A stretch of 33,593 bases of DNA from Candidatus Woesearchaeota archaeon (GCA_964466855.1 CAYXOE010000002.1:1-33593), one strand, 5' to 3'. Shown: positions 8,414-17,342, counted from the first letter of the stretch. Notes: generated by a model not told the origin, from the letters alone. Program-made: numbers and translations.

Positions 8414-9373
8414 ATGAAGACATTGGTTACAGGAATAACAGGTTTCATAGGCAGTAATCTAGCTAGAAAACTTTTAGAAAATGGGCATGAAGTTTTTGGT
8501 TTTGTGCAGCCTGTTATTAGTAGAGATTTTAAAGCAATTGAAAATATAAGAAATAGATTATATTTAACAACTTGTGATATAAGAGATTATTCTTCAGTAA
8601 GAGAATCTCTAAGAAGAATTGAGCCCGAAGTAGTATTTAATTTAGCAGCTTTATCTCCCGTAAGGCTAAGTTTTGAACACCCTCTTGAAGTACAGAATTC
8701 TAATTATTTGGGTACAATTAATATTGCAGAATCATTAAGGGATATTTATGGGCCCGATAAAGTAAGATTAATATCCGCATCAACTGCAGAAGTCTATGGA
8801 ATTCAAGAGGAGAGCGAACCATTTACTGAAGATTTAAGATTAGAACCATCAAGTCCTTACGCAGTAAGTAAGGCTGCTATGGATATGTACCTTAGAATGT
8901 TAAGTAAAGTTTATGGTTTTAATACTGTGATATTGAGAAATTCAAATACTTTTGGAAGAAAATATGACAAAGGATTTTTTACAGAATATTTAATTTCAGA
9001 GATGCTTGCAAATAAAGATATTTACATAGGCGCACCGGATTCTGTAAGAGATTATATGTATGTAGATGATCATGTTAAATCTTATTTGCTTGTAATGGAC
9101 AGTCCCGATGCAAAAGGAAATGTATTCAATATTGGCGGGAATAAGGGATACACTAATAAAGAATGGGCAGGGAAAATCGCTGATTTATTAGATTTTCCAG
9201 AGAGTAGAATCCATTTTGGTCAGTATCCTCCCGGATATCCAAAGCGGCCTCTTAGTTCTGATCAGCCTTATTTGGTATTGGATACTTCCAAGGCTAGAAG
9301 AATTTTAGGTTGGGAACCATCTGTTTCTTTAGAGGAGGGTTTGCAAAGAACCATAGAATATTGGAAACATTGA
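8414..9373 (+). CDS. NAD-dependent NDP-sugar epimerase/dehydratase (extended SDR)
   Basis: 319 aa with 'LVTGITGFIGSNL', 'STAEVYG' and 'SPYAVSKAAMDMY' (S...YxxxK triad). Dehydratase and epimerase cannot be distinguished from sequence alone. Confidence 0.8.
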   Translation: MKTLVTGITGFIGSNLARKLLENGHEVFGFVQPVISRDFKAIENIRNRLYLTTCDIRDYSSVRESLRRIEPEVVFNLAALSPVRLSFEHPLEVQNSNYLGTINIAESLRDIYGPDKVRLISASTAEVYGIQEESEPFTEDLRLEPSSPYAVSKAAMDMYLRMLSKVYGFNTVILRNSNTFGRKYDKGFFTEYLISEMLANKDIYIGAPDSVRDYMYVDDHVKSYLLVMDSPDAKGNVFNIGGNKGYTNKEWAGKIADLLDFPESRIHFGQYPPGYPKRPLSSDQPYLVLDTSKARRILGWEPSVSLEEGLQRTIEYWKH

Positions 9374-9375
9374 AA

Positions 9376-10620
9376 TTATATAACTCTGAATTGAGGGAGG
9401 GCAGTTATAAATCTCCCACCAGAATTATAATAATCCCTTTCTTGCGCTCTTATTTCATCAAAAAAGTGCCATGTATTTACTAATAAATAATCTGGATGTC
9501 TTTCTCTCATTTTTTTTGGGGGTATTATAGGAATTAAGGAACCCACAGTCATTTTTCCCCATTTATCTGGGTTCATATCTGTTGCAAAATCTACCCAATT
9601 GGGAGTAAGTTCAAAATATTGGAGAGCAACATTACCTCTTGTGGATGCGCCATAGATAGCAACTCTTTTTCCTTTACTTTTTGCATCAATTAAAAATGCT
9701 CTTAATTGTTCTTTTATTTTTTGTATTCTTGTTGCAAATTCCTGATAAGGCATTAATGTGTCTAAACCTTCATTAGCCTCTCTCTCATGAATTTCTTGTA
9801 ATCTTCCTTCAGAACCTTGAAGTCCAATCAATCCTTTATTATCCCTGAATTTAATATATGTTCTTATGCTACCTCCATTTATATCATTTTGCTCTACATC
9901 GAATATCTCCAATCCATGCTGTTGAAGTAATCTTTCTAATGCTATTAAAGAATAATATTCTCTATGTTCATGGCAAATATTATCAAAAGCGTTATTTGCA
10001 AGCATTGTCCCGAGATAATTTTGTTGTATTACAAGTAATCCATTTTCATCTAAAGTAGATACAATGTCAGCTAAAAATTTATTAGGATCTTCAAGATCAT
10101 AAAACATAGAGATTGCTGTAATTACTTTTGCTTTTTTATCTCCAAGAGTTTCTTGATAAGCTTTAGCACTGAAAAAATCATTTACAACTCTAATCCCTTT
10201 AGAAGCGGCTTCCCTGGCAACATTTCCTGAGGGTTCAAATCCAGCTACATCAATGCCCGAACCTTTATAAAATTCGAGCAAAGTTCCATCATTGCATCCT
10301 ATATCTACAACTAAATCTCCATTTTCTAAACTTTTTATGGTGCGAGATTTATCAACAATATCCTTTAAATCTCTTATTATTGTAGAGCTAATAGCCGATT
10401 TGTACCAATATTGTTCGTTCCACATTGCCTCTGGAGGAGCATTATGCCTTAGTTGTAATACTTTACAATCGCCACATAGAACTAACTCAAGTGGAATTCT
10501 TGTAATTTTTTCTTGTTCTTTTTCTGATTCAACAAAATTTGTAACATATTGATTCCCTAATGATAGAACAGAGGACAATTTATCAGACTTACAAGTTCTG
10601 CAGTTTTTTATCTCTATCAT
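9376..10620 (-). CDS. Zinc-ribbon NDP-hexose C-methyltransferase-like SAM methyltransferase (paralog B)
   Basis: CRTC...CGDC zinc ribbon, 'VVDIGCNDG' SAM motif and C-terminal 'VAIYGASTRGN...TDMNPDKWGK' domain. Same three-domain architecture as 2475-3725 but clearly diverged. Confidence 0.8.
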   Translation of the reverse strand: MIEIKNCRTCKSDKLSSVLSLGNQYVTNFVESEKEQEKITRIPLELVLCGDCKVLQLRHNAPPEAMWNEQYWYKSAISSTIIRDLKDIVDKSRTIKSLENGDLVVDIGCNDGTLLEFYKGSGIDVAGFEPSGNVAREAASKGIRVVNDFFSAKAYQETLGDKKAKVITAISMFYDLEDPNKFLADIVSTLDENGLLVIQQNYLGTMLANNAFDNICHEHREYYSLIALERLLQQHGLEIFDVEQNDINGGSIRTYIKFRDNKGLIGLQGSEGRLQEIHEREANEGLDTLMPYQEFATRIQKIKEQLRAFLIDAKSKGKRVAIYGASTRGNVALQYFELTPNWVDFATDMNPDKWGKMTVGSLIPIIPPKKMRERHPDYLLVNTWHFFDEIRAQERDYYNSGGRFITALPQFRVI

Positions 10621-10644
10621 ATTAGATTTAAGCTAAAATTTTAA

Positions 10645-10652
10645 TTTATAAA
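10645..10652 (-). promoter_or_regulatory. Candidate TATA box TTTATAAA for C-methyltransferase B
   Basis: Palindromic octamer 24 nt upstream of ATG 10620. It is part of a 17-nt A/T motif repeated at 5601-5617. Confidence 0.4.
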
Positions 10653-10663
10653 TTTTTATATGA

Positions 10664-11476
10664 TTAAATATTATCTTTTGTTAATCCTGTCCAAAATCCA
10701 TTTAGGTAAGCAAATCTTCTTACGAAAACTATTTTAGTTGATAATGAGAATTTTGATAAAAATAAAAATAAGGGATAAAGAGGGAATAATAAAGTTAAGC
10801 CCAATACTGCTATTTTATGATTTATTGGCAAAATTCTATATTTTTTATAAGCAATTCCATCCCAATAACCATATTTATAAAATTGTTTTTTTAACTCTTC
10901 TATATTATGCCTCATTTCCCAATAACCAATTGCTTTTGGAATAACAGCAATTTTAAATCCAGCTTTTTTTATTCTTTCATTAAAAACAGTATCTTCTGCG
11001 ATGTCTAAATCTTCAGGGTACCCCCCAACTTTTTTCCAAATTTCTTTTCTAAATATTATATTTCTTGAGGAACCAAATCTCTGTTTCATTTTTTTAGCAA
11101 GAATTTTTTGAAATTCGGTTTCAATTAAGGGCAGTGTTTGTCCAAAGCCAACATATCCATTAAAACCGTTGATTAATTCTTCAATCCAATTTTCTTCATA
11201 TTTTGTTCCAGCATCTGCCCCAATTATTATTTCATTTTTGGCTTTTTCAATGGCTATATTTCTTCCCTCGGATATATTAGAATCTTTTTTTTGGAAAATT
11301 TTTATCCATTTGTATTTTTTTGCATAATTTTTTAATATCTTGAATGTATTGTCATTAGAACCTCCATCAACTATTGTAAGTTCATCTGGTTTTTTTGTTT
11401 GATTTATAATTGAATCAACAAATTTCCCTATATTTTCTTGTTCATTTAAAACAGTAGAAATAAGAGAGATTTTCAT
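10664..11476 (-). CDS. Family-2 glycosyltransferase
   Basis: 'KISLISTVLNEQENIGKFVDSI...LTIVDGGSNDNT...IIIGADAGT' is a GT2/GT-A signature. The C-terminal tail is hydrophobic. ATGA overlap with the upstream GT4 gene. Confidence 0.8.
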   Translation of the reverse strand: MKISLISTVLNEQENIGKFVDSIINQTKKPDELTIVDGGSNDNTFKILKNYAKKYKWIKIFQKKDSNISEGRNIAIEKAKNEIIIGADAGTKYEENWIEELINGFNGYVGFGQTLPLIETEFQKILAKKMKQRFGSSRNIIFRKEIWKKVGGYPEDLDIAEDTVFNERIKKAGFKIAVIPKAIGYWEMRHNIEELKKQFYKYGYWDGIAYKKYRILPINHKIAVLGLTLLFPLYPLFLFLSKFSLSTKIVFVRRFAYLNGFWTGLTKDNI

Positions 11477-12561
11477 TTTAATGCTTCCTCATAAAATTTT
11501 TTTAGTTTGGAATTTCTTTCTGCTACTGAGAACTTGCCATTTTTAATGATTTCCACACAGTTTCTTGACATTTTATTTCTTAATTTTCCATTTTCTATTA
11601 ACTTAGAAGTTTTCTCAGCAAGTTCTTTTTCTATTTCAGGATTCGGCAACTTTATAAATTTATTAAATTTTTCTATTTCAGGTTTTTCAATCACGAATCC
11701 CGTTTTCCCATTTTCAACTATTTCTTCCCTTGCAAAGCCATCTACTGTAATTATGGGAATGCCAAAGCTCATTGCCTCAAGGTATGCAAATCCAAAGCTG
11801 TCAGAGTATCCTGGGTAGATCAGAATATGAGACTTTTTATATAACTCAAATAATTCTTCTTGCGGGATTAATCCATAAAAAATGATCTTTTTATTATCAA
11901 GGTATTTTATTTTGGCTTTTTCTGGAACTTCTGAATTAATTATCCCCCATACATTAGAATATTTCTTTGTAAGCCTATCAATAGCTTCTAACGCATGCAA
12001 ACCCCCCTTCCAATAAAAATATCTACCAGAAAATATAAGATTAATATTATTTTCTTTTTTCTTCCTCCATCTTAGGGGGATGGCAGGATAAACAACTTCG
12101 ACCTTGTCTCCAATCTCAGGAAATTCTTTTATTATTTCTCTCCTTGTCCACTCTGTCCACGGCAATATCTTTCTGCAATTTGGATTTTCTAATATTCTTC
12201 TTACTTCTTCTTTTGCCCTTTTTGTCTTTTCACCTACATACATCTGCCACACTCCTTCAAAATCAGCTACCCAAGGTTTGCTGTTTTTTGAGAGACAATG
12301 TGCGCAATGAATTAAATCATAATCTCCTTCAGGTGATAAATGTGCGTTTGGTATCGAGAACTTGAAAAAATTTGCGAATTTTCTAATATTTTTCTTTAAA
12401 AAATTTGAAATCCAAAAAAATTTTTTATTTGTTATAACCCCCCTTTGTTTTTCAATATTAAAATATTCAATTCCTTCAGGAGGATTTTTAATAAGATATT
12501 TGTAATATGGAGAATCTGGAAATTTCCAAGGATATTGAAGATAGACTTTTATAGGATTCAT
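11473..12561 (-). CDS. Family-4 (GT-B) glycosyltransferase
   Basis: 'GFAYLEAMSFGIPIITVDGFAREEIVENGKTGFVI' is the GT4/GT1 E-x7-E region. The tracked ORF starts at a GTG (12585). ATG 12561 (MNPIKV...) gives a classic ATGA overlap with the upstream stop. Confidence 0.8.
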   Translation of the reverse strand: MNPIKVYLQYPWKFPDSPYYKYLIKNPPEGIEYFNIEKQRGVITNKKFFWISNFLKKNIRKFANFFKFSIPNAHLSPEGDYDLIHCAHCLSKNSKPWVADFEGVWQMYVGEKTKRAKEEVRRILENPNCRKILPWTEWTRREIIKEFPEIGDKVEVVYPAIPLRWRKKKENNINLIFSGRYFYWKGGLHALEAIDRLTKKYSNVWGIINSEVPEKAKIKYLDNKKIIFYGLIPQEELFELYKKSHILIYPGYSDSFGFAYLEAMSFGIPIITVDGFAREEIVENGKTGFVIEKPEIEKFNKFIKLPNPEIEKELAEKTSKLIENGKLRNKMSRNCVEIIKNGKFSVAERNSKLKKFYEEALK

Positions 12562-13184
12562 TTTATTTTCCTCGCAATGATGCACAAATCAAAAAAGCCA
12601 TCCTGATTTTTTATTCCTAAACTTTTATTTATCTTTAAAACATATTTTAAAAAAATATTTATCCACCTTTTCCATATGAAATCTGGTCCCCACCCGATTG
12701 CATAATCTTCAATTTTCAGATTATTTATTAGCATCTTTTTTTCTATTTTTTTAATAGAATAATGCCTATGAATAGGCCCAATTCTTATTTTCCATCTAAT
12801 CCATGCAGGATCCCAGAATTCAAAGTACCTGATGCTGTGGGGAGTGGATAATATCAATCTGCCATCTTTTTTTAAACTATGACTTATATTCTTTAATGCT
12901 TTTTCATCATCATTTACATGTTCTATTACTTCTAATAATAATATATAATCAAACTTTTTTTTGAATGGGATATTTTTTGTTACATCTCCTAATTTTATTC
13001 TGTCTTTTATTATTAAATTTGCTTTTTTTATTTTTTCTTTGTCTATATCCATTCCGAAAACATGGCACCTATTGTATAATCCAAGAATGTTATCACCGGA
13101 CCAGCATCCGATATCCAGCAAAAAATCTTCCGGCTTTATCTTATCTTTCCATCTTAGAAAATTGGGGTAAGATATTCTATTCAT
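12558..13184 (-). CDS. Class I SAM-dependent methyltransferase
   Basis: 208 aa with 'LLDIGCWSGDN' (motif I), 'VFGMDID' and 'ILLLEVIEHV...DGRLILSTP' (motifs II/III). Confidence 0.75.
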   Translation of the reverse strand: MNRISYPNFLRWKDKIKPEDFLLDIGCWSGDNILGLYNRCHVFGMDIDKEKIKKANLIIKDRIKLGDVTKNIPFKKKFDYILLLEVIEHVNDDEKALKNISHSLKKDGRLILSTPHSIRYFEFWDPAWIRWKIRIGPIHRHYSIKKIEKKMLINNLKIEDYAIGWGPDFIWKRWINIFLKYVLKINKSLGIKNQDGFFDLCIIARKIK

Positions 13185-14292
13185 TTAATATCCCAAAAAT
13201 TTTTTTACTTACACCAAATTCCCCGTAAGGATTCTTGAAATCTTTTAATTCTATTTTATTTTCTTCTATATTTGTTATTAAATTTTTTATATAATTAATA
13301 TCTATATCAAATTTTATAAGAAAATTTATATTGGTTTTCAATCCTTCTTGCCTTTCTGTTTTTTCTCTAAGGATTAGACAGGGTTTTTTGAAAATTAAAC
13401 TTTCTTCCTGTATGCTTCCGCCATCTGTGATAAGATACTTGCAATTTGCTATTAGGAAAATAAATTCAAAATAATCAACTAAAGGGGTTATTTCAATATT
13501 TTTCATGTTTTCAATTTCTTTCATTAATCCGTATCTTTCAAGATATTGTCTCGTATTCTCGTGAAGGGGCCATATAACTTGTGTTTTTACAAGTTTTAAT
13601 ATATCAATGATTCTCTGCATTCTCTTTTTATTAACAAGATTTTCATGCCTGTGTATATTCATTAATGCATATTCCTCTGGACGCGTTTTGTATTTTGTTT
13701 TTGCTTTATTATATGTTATTTGAGCTGCATCAATTATAGTATTACCAACTTTTATTATCTGTCCTTTCTTTCTTTCTTTTATTAGATTGTCAGCAGAAAA
13801 ATCAGATACTGCGAGGAGAATATCTGAAAACTTGTCGCAAATCTTTCTTGAAATCTCTTCTGGGAATGGTTCTTTTAGAGAACCGGATCTTAATCCTGCC
13901 TCTAAGTGAACATTTTTCCATGACTTTTGCCAGTTTGATAATTTGCTTGATGCAATAGCAGCTGTGGCACTGCTCATCGTATCACCATGATATATAACAT
14001 ATTTTGGTTTTAATTCCCTAATCTTTTTCCTTACCCTAAAGATTGTCCCAATAAGCCAAAAAAATGAATTATGATTTATCTTGGACCAGAATTTGGTACT
14101 TTTTTCTGGTTCCTTACTTAGTACAAAGTCAGAATTTTTTATACCAAAAGCTTCACATGCATTTTTAAGCGGATGCTGTCCCGTATGAATAAACCAATAA
14201 TCTTGACTTTCTCTTTTTAATTCTAACATGAGAGGCATGCATTTAATAAGTTCTGCTTTGGTTCCGATTACGAATGCTATTTTATTTTCCAT
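13177..14292 (-). CDS. UDP-N-acetylglucosamine 2-epimerase family protein (WecB/FnlC-like)
   Basis: 371 aa with 'IAFVIGTKAELIKCMPL', 'HTGQH', 'VIYHGDT' and 'ITDGGSIQEE', typical of non-hydrolysing UDP-HexNAc 2-epimerases. Confidence 0.8.
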   Translation of the reverse strand: MENKIAFVIGTKAELIKCMPLMLELKRESQDYWFIHTGQHPLKNACEAFGIKNSDFVLSKEPEKSTKFWSKINHNSFFWLIGTIFRVRKKIRELKPKYVIYHGDTMSSATAAIASSKLSNWQKSWKNVHLEAGLRSGSLKEPFPEEISRKICDKFSDILLAVSDFSADNLIKERKKGQIIKVGNTIIDAAQITYNKAKTKYKTRPEEYALMNIHRHENLVNKKRMQRIIDILKLVKTQVIWPLHENTRQYLERYGLMKEIENMKNIEITPLVDYFEFIFLIANCKYLITDGGSIQEESLIFKKPCLILREKTERQEGLKTNINFLIKFDIDINYIKNLITNIEENKIELKDFKNPYGEFGVSKKIFGILNE

Positions 14293-14293
14293 A

Positions 14294-15295
14294 TTATAGA
14301 TAAGTAGTCAATACTAATACAAATATTATAATTAAAAGTTGGAAAGCATTTATCAGATTGACGACATCTTTTTCATAAACCTTGTGGCTTCGTTTCATTT
14401 TTTTCAAAATTTTTATTGCAAGATGCTCCAAGCCATAAATTTTGTCATATGCTAAATCCAAACTTCCGTCAGGATTTGGTTTTCCGAAGCTGTATTTCTT
14501 TAATCTTCCTCTTGATTTTAATATTGTCTCAATAATATAAGGAATGAATAAAATTATTGCAATTAGCTCCATGTTCCCCAATATTGCAACAGAAACAATC
14601 ATCATTCCAATGGAATATGTCATTACATTGCCCGGGAAAACTTTTGCAGGATATTTGTTGAAAATATAAAATGCAACTAATGAAGCAACCATGATTAATG
14701 CAATCAAAGTTAACCAGCTTTGTCCGTGAATGTAAGTGATAAGAGCAAGGGTAGATAAAATTAAAATTCCCTGTCTTGCTTCAAGTCCGTTATATCCCGC
14801 TAAAAAATTGTATGTAGTTGTCGCGCCCACAACTCCAATTGGAATTATTAGGAGGGGATAAAGAATTCCTAGATTTATTCCCAAAACGACGGAATTTCCA
14901 GCATTAATCACCATTAGAGGAACCGCCGAGAATAAAATAAGAATTAATCTTGAACGGATTGACAATCCGCCTTTTTTCCAGCCAAATAAATCATCGATTA
15001 AACCAATTCCTGTAACGAGAAAAAGAGAACTTATAATTGCAAAAATATCTATCAAATTTCCATCAGGGGATTTGAAGTAGAATGTCTGTATTGCTATATA
15101 AATAAAAATACCGACGAGAGTCCCAAGAATAACTACAACGCCACCTGAGCCAGCAACATCTTTCCCGCTGTTAAATTTATTCATGTCTTCCCAAAGCAGC
15201 CCTATTTGCTTTGCCTTTCTAATCCAAAGAGGCATTGTTACAAGAGTTGCAAGAAAGCTAATTAAAATTGCCCCAAATAATAACGGCTGAACCAT
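14294..15295 (-). CDS. aglH: Polyprenyl(dolichyl)-phosphate HexNAc-1-phosphate transferase (MraY/WecA/AglH family)
   Basis: 333 aa with about 10 TM helices. Motifs 'LIDDLFGW', 'NFLAGYNGLEARQG' and 'FPGNVMTYSIG' match the archaeal/eukaryal GPT family. It is the first gene of a 5-gene overlapping operon. Confidence 0.8.
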   Translation of the reverse strand: MVQPLLFGAILISFLATLVTMPLWIRKAKQIGLLWEDMNKFNSGKDVAGSGGVVVILGTLVGIFIYIAIQTFYFKSPDGNLIDIFAIISSLFLVTGIGLIDDLFGWKKGGLSIRSRLILILFSAVPLMVINAGNSVVLGINLGILYPLLIIPIGVVGATTTYNFLAGYNGLEARQGILILSTLALITYIHGQSWLTLIALIMVASLVAFYIFNKYPAKVFPGNVMTYSIGMMIVSVAILGNMELIAIILFIPYIIETILKSRGRLKKYSFGKPNPDGSLDLAYDKIYGLEHLAIKILKKMKRSHKVYEKDVVNLINAFQLLIIIFVLVLTTYL

Positions 15296-15315
15296 GATTT
15301 TTCATTATTTTTTTG

Positions 15316-15323
15316 CTTTTAAA
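15316..15323 (-). promoter_or_regulatory. Candidate TATA box TTTAAAAG for the aglH-led operon
   Basis: Reads TTTAAAAG on the minus strand, with 20 nt between it and ATG 15295. Confidence 0.5.
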
Positions 15324-15407
15324 CTTAATGAAATGTAATATTATCTAATCTAAAATAATATATTAATTGAGATTCAAATTTTGCATAATTCTTTATGTTT
15401 TTACTAA

Positions 15408-16262
15408 TTATCTGAATAGAAGAGGAGTAAGATAAGTTTCCATCAAGCCAGCAATAACAAGAAGAAGTATGGAAATTAATATTAGCATTGCCACATGCTG
15501 TGCAACTTTCAAAAACATTCTGTTTTTTACGCCATGCCTTGCAATTCCAACGCCGAAAATTCCTCCAGCCAAGGCAGCAATGAAATAAGCGGCTATTTCC
15601 GGAAATCCATGAATCATATACCTTGCTATGCCGAGAGGGATATCAACTAGACTGTACTTTGTAAAAATTCCAATGCTTGCAGATATGACACTCGCGTTCC
15701 ATGCCAGGATGAAAATTGCGCCCGCTCCAAAAACTAATGAGAATAGCAAAGTAAAAATCATGACGAGCATATTATTTTCAAAAATTGCAAGAAATTGAAG
15801 TGGGCTTGAAAGTCCTGCCGCCCCGCTAAGTTTGTTTCCAGGAATGTATTGTGTAACGCATTCATTAACGCTGTTCGGGCTGTTTATCAAGCAATATGTC
15901 CCGACCTGCGCATTAAATAAATTGCCATTTTGCAAAAGTATATACCAAAATGAAAAAGCAATAACGAATCCTATAAAAAGCCACATCAACGCATAAATTG
16001 CATCTTTGTGAATTTTCCAAATACTTCCTTCTTCAATTTCGTCTTCTTTTTCTTCCCTTCTAATTATGAAATACATGAATGGCAGGGAAAACATAACGGA
16101 AAAGGTCACAACCAAAACTCCTGAATATTGAGATAAAATTGCATCAGATGAAAAAAACCAATAAACAAGAAGAATTGAAAGACTCGCATAAATCAATCCG
16201 ATGAAAAACATTTCCCAGGGTTTTCTCTCTGCTTTCTTTGGATTGATTAATGATTCAAGCAT
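15408..16262 (-). CDS. SpoIIM/DUF95-family integral membrane protein
   Basis: 284 aa, polytopic. 'FENNMLVMIF...FGAGAIFILAWNASV', 'MIHGFPEIAAYFIAALAGG' and 'LMETYLTP' match family hallmarks. Confidence 0.65.
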   Translation of the reverse strand: MLESLINPKKAERKPWEMFFIGLIYASLSILLVYWFFSSDAILSQYSGVLVVTFSVMFSLPFMYFIIRREEKEDEIEEGSIWKIHKDAIYALMWLFIGFVIAFSFWYILLQNGNLFNAQVGTYCLINSPNSVNECVTQYIPGNKLSGAAGLSSPLQFLAIFENNMLVMIFTLLFSLVFGAGAIFILAWNASVISASIGIFTKYSLVDIPLGIARYMIHGFPEIAAYFIAALAGGIFGVGIARHGVKNRMFLKVAQHVAMLILISILLLVIAGLMETYLTPLLFR

Positions 16263-16283
16263 ATAAAAGAAAAAGTAACAGAA

Positions 16284-16291
16284 TTTTTAAA
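16284..16291 (-). promoter_or_regulatory. Candidate TATA box TTTAAAAA for the SpoIIM-like gene
   Basis: 21 nt upstream of ATG 16262. It abuts the pfdA stop codon. Confidence 0.45.
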
Positions 16292-16690
16292 TTATTCCTC
16301 TGATTTTTCTTGTTTTTGATATTCCTGGACTATTTCAACAAATTCATTATTTGTCAATTCTGTATTTTTTTCAAGTTCAATTCCAGCTTCTTTCAACTTT
16401 CTTATTTGCTCTTGGATTAATTTTTTTGTTTCAAAAACATCTTTTGTAACAAAATTATTTCCCCCAACATCTACTGTTAATTTGTCAGAAATAATTTTAG
16501 CTTTCATATAAATTCCTTTTCCAATCCGCGCAAAAATTTCTTTGCCCATTGAATCTTGAATTTCATCTAACCCAAGATTCAAAGATTCTAATTCATTGAT
16601 TCCTCTTTCAACAGCCTGCATTTGTTGCTGAAGCTGCTGCAATTGCTGCTCCAAAATTCCAAGCCTGAAAATAATTTCTTGTTTTTCCAT
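16292..16690 (-). CDS. pfdA: Prefoldin alpha subunit
   Basis: 132 aa. N- and C-terminal heptad-rich coiled coils flank a roughly 45-aa double beta-hairpin core ('IFARIGKGIYMKAKIISDKLTVDVGGNNFVTKD'). Confidence 0.8.
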   Translation of the reverse strand: MEKQEIIFRLGILEQQLQQLQQQMQAVERGINELESLNLGLDEIQDSMGKEIFARIGKGIYMKAKIISDKLTVDVGGNNFVTKDVFETKKLIQEQIRKLKEAGIELEKNTELTNNEFVEIVQEYQKQEKSEE

Positions 16691-16710
16691 CTCATTAAGA
16701 AATTAATCCA

Positions 16711-16718
16711 CTTTTAAA
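16711..16718 (-). promoter_or_regulatory. Candidate TATA box TTTAAAAG for pfdA
   Basis: 20 nt upstream of ATG 16690. Confidence 0.5.
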
Positions 16719-16778
16719 CTTTAGTCTTAATAGTCTCTCAAGGGAAAATATGGTAAAGAAAACCGTAGGTTGTCTTCA

Positions 16779-17312
16779 TTAGACAACATCCAAAACCTTT
16801 CGTAGGATAGCTGTGAATATCAATGTGAAAATCAAATAAAACCAAAACCAGGGAAGAAATCCGAGAAAGTTGAAAGAATTTGCAAGGAAATAATCATTGA
16901 ACCATCTGAATAATAAAATAAATGGCACGCCCGTGAATAAAATTGCTCTCGTGCTGAGCTTCATTGTCTTCGGAAGAAATTCCATTTGCTTTTTCTGAAG
17001 TTCCATCAATTTAGCAGGATCTTCCCTGAATTTTTTCATTTCTTCTTGCAAAAGTTTTTGTTCTTTTCGCAATTCTTTGAGTTGCTTTTGGTCTGTTGCG
17101 AATTTCTGGACAATTATTGAAAGAAGGGAAATTATGAAGACAATTGCAAACATTCCTATTGTCTTATTCCAATTAAGAAGCCAACCAGCCGTCGGATTCA
17201 AAATGTATTCTATAGACGATTTCAAAAATGGAATCTGGTCCCAAAAACTGACTATTAAAATGGACAGAGCCATTATAATGAAAATCGGTGCATAACTTCC
17301 TTCTTTGTTCAT
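16779..17312 (-). CDS. DUF106 membrane protein (archaeal YidC/Oxa1/EMC3-like insertase, Mj0480 type)
   Basis: 177 aa. TM1 is followed by a K/E-rich coiled coil ('KQLKELRKEQKLLQEEMKKFREDPAKLMELQKKQ') and two further TM helices. It occupies the conserved position next to secY. Confidence 0.75.
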   Translation of the reverse strand: MNKEGSYAPIFIIMALSILIVSFWDQIPFLKSSIEYILNPTAGWLLNWNKTIGMFAIVFIISLLSIIVQKFATDQKQLKELRKEQKLLQEEMKKFREDPAKLMELQKKQMEFLPKTMKLSTRAILFTGVPFILLFRWFNDYFLANSFNFLGFLPWFWFYLIFTLIFTAILRKVLDVV

Positions 17313-17333
17313 GTTAGATAAATATTGAAATGG

Positions 17334-17341
17334 TTTTTAAA
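17334..17341 (-). promoter_or_regulatory. Candidate TATA box TTTAAAAA for the DUF106 gene
   Basis: 21 nt upstream of ATG 17312, immediately after the secY stop. Confidence 0.45.
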
Positions 17342-17342
17342 G

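Noticed and set aside
1822-13228. Short ORFs on the opposite strand or out of frame within the glycan genes. Examples are 1822-2007, 3253-3468, 4767-4952, 6696-6979, 9858-10058, 10292-10552, 10738-10944, 11507-11818, 12104-12365 and 12961-13228.
   Set aside because: Each is nested in a longer ORF that has clear enzyme motifs. Their composition is typical of antisense artefacts.
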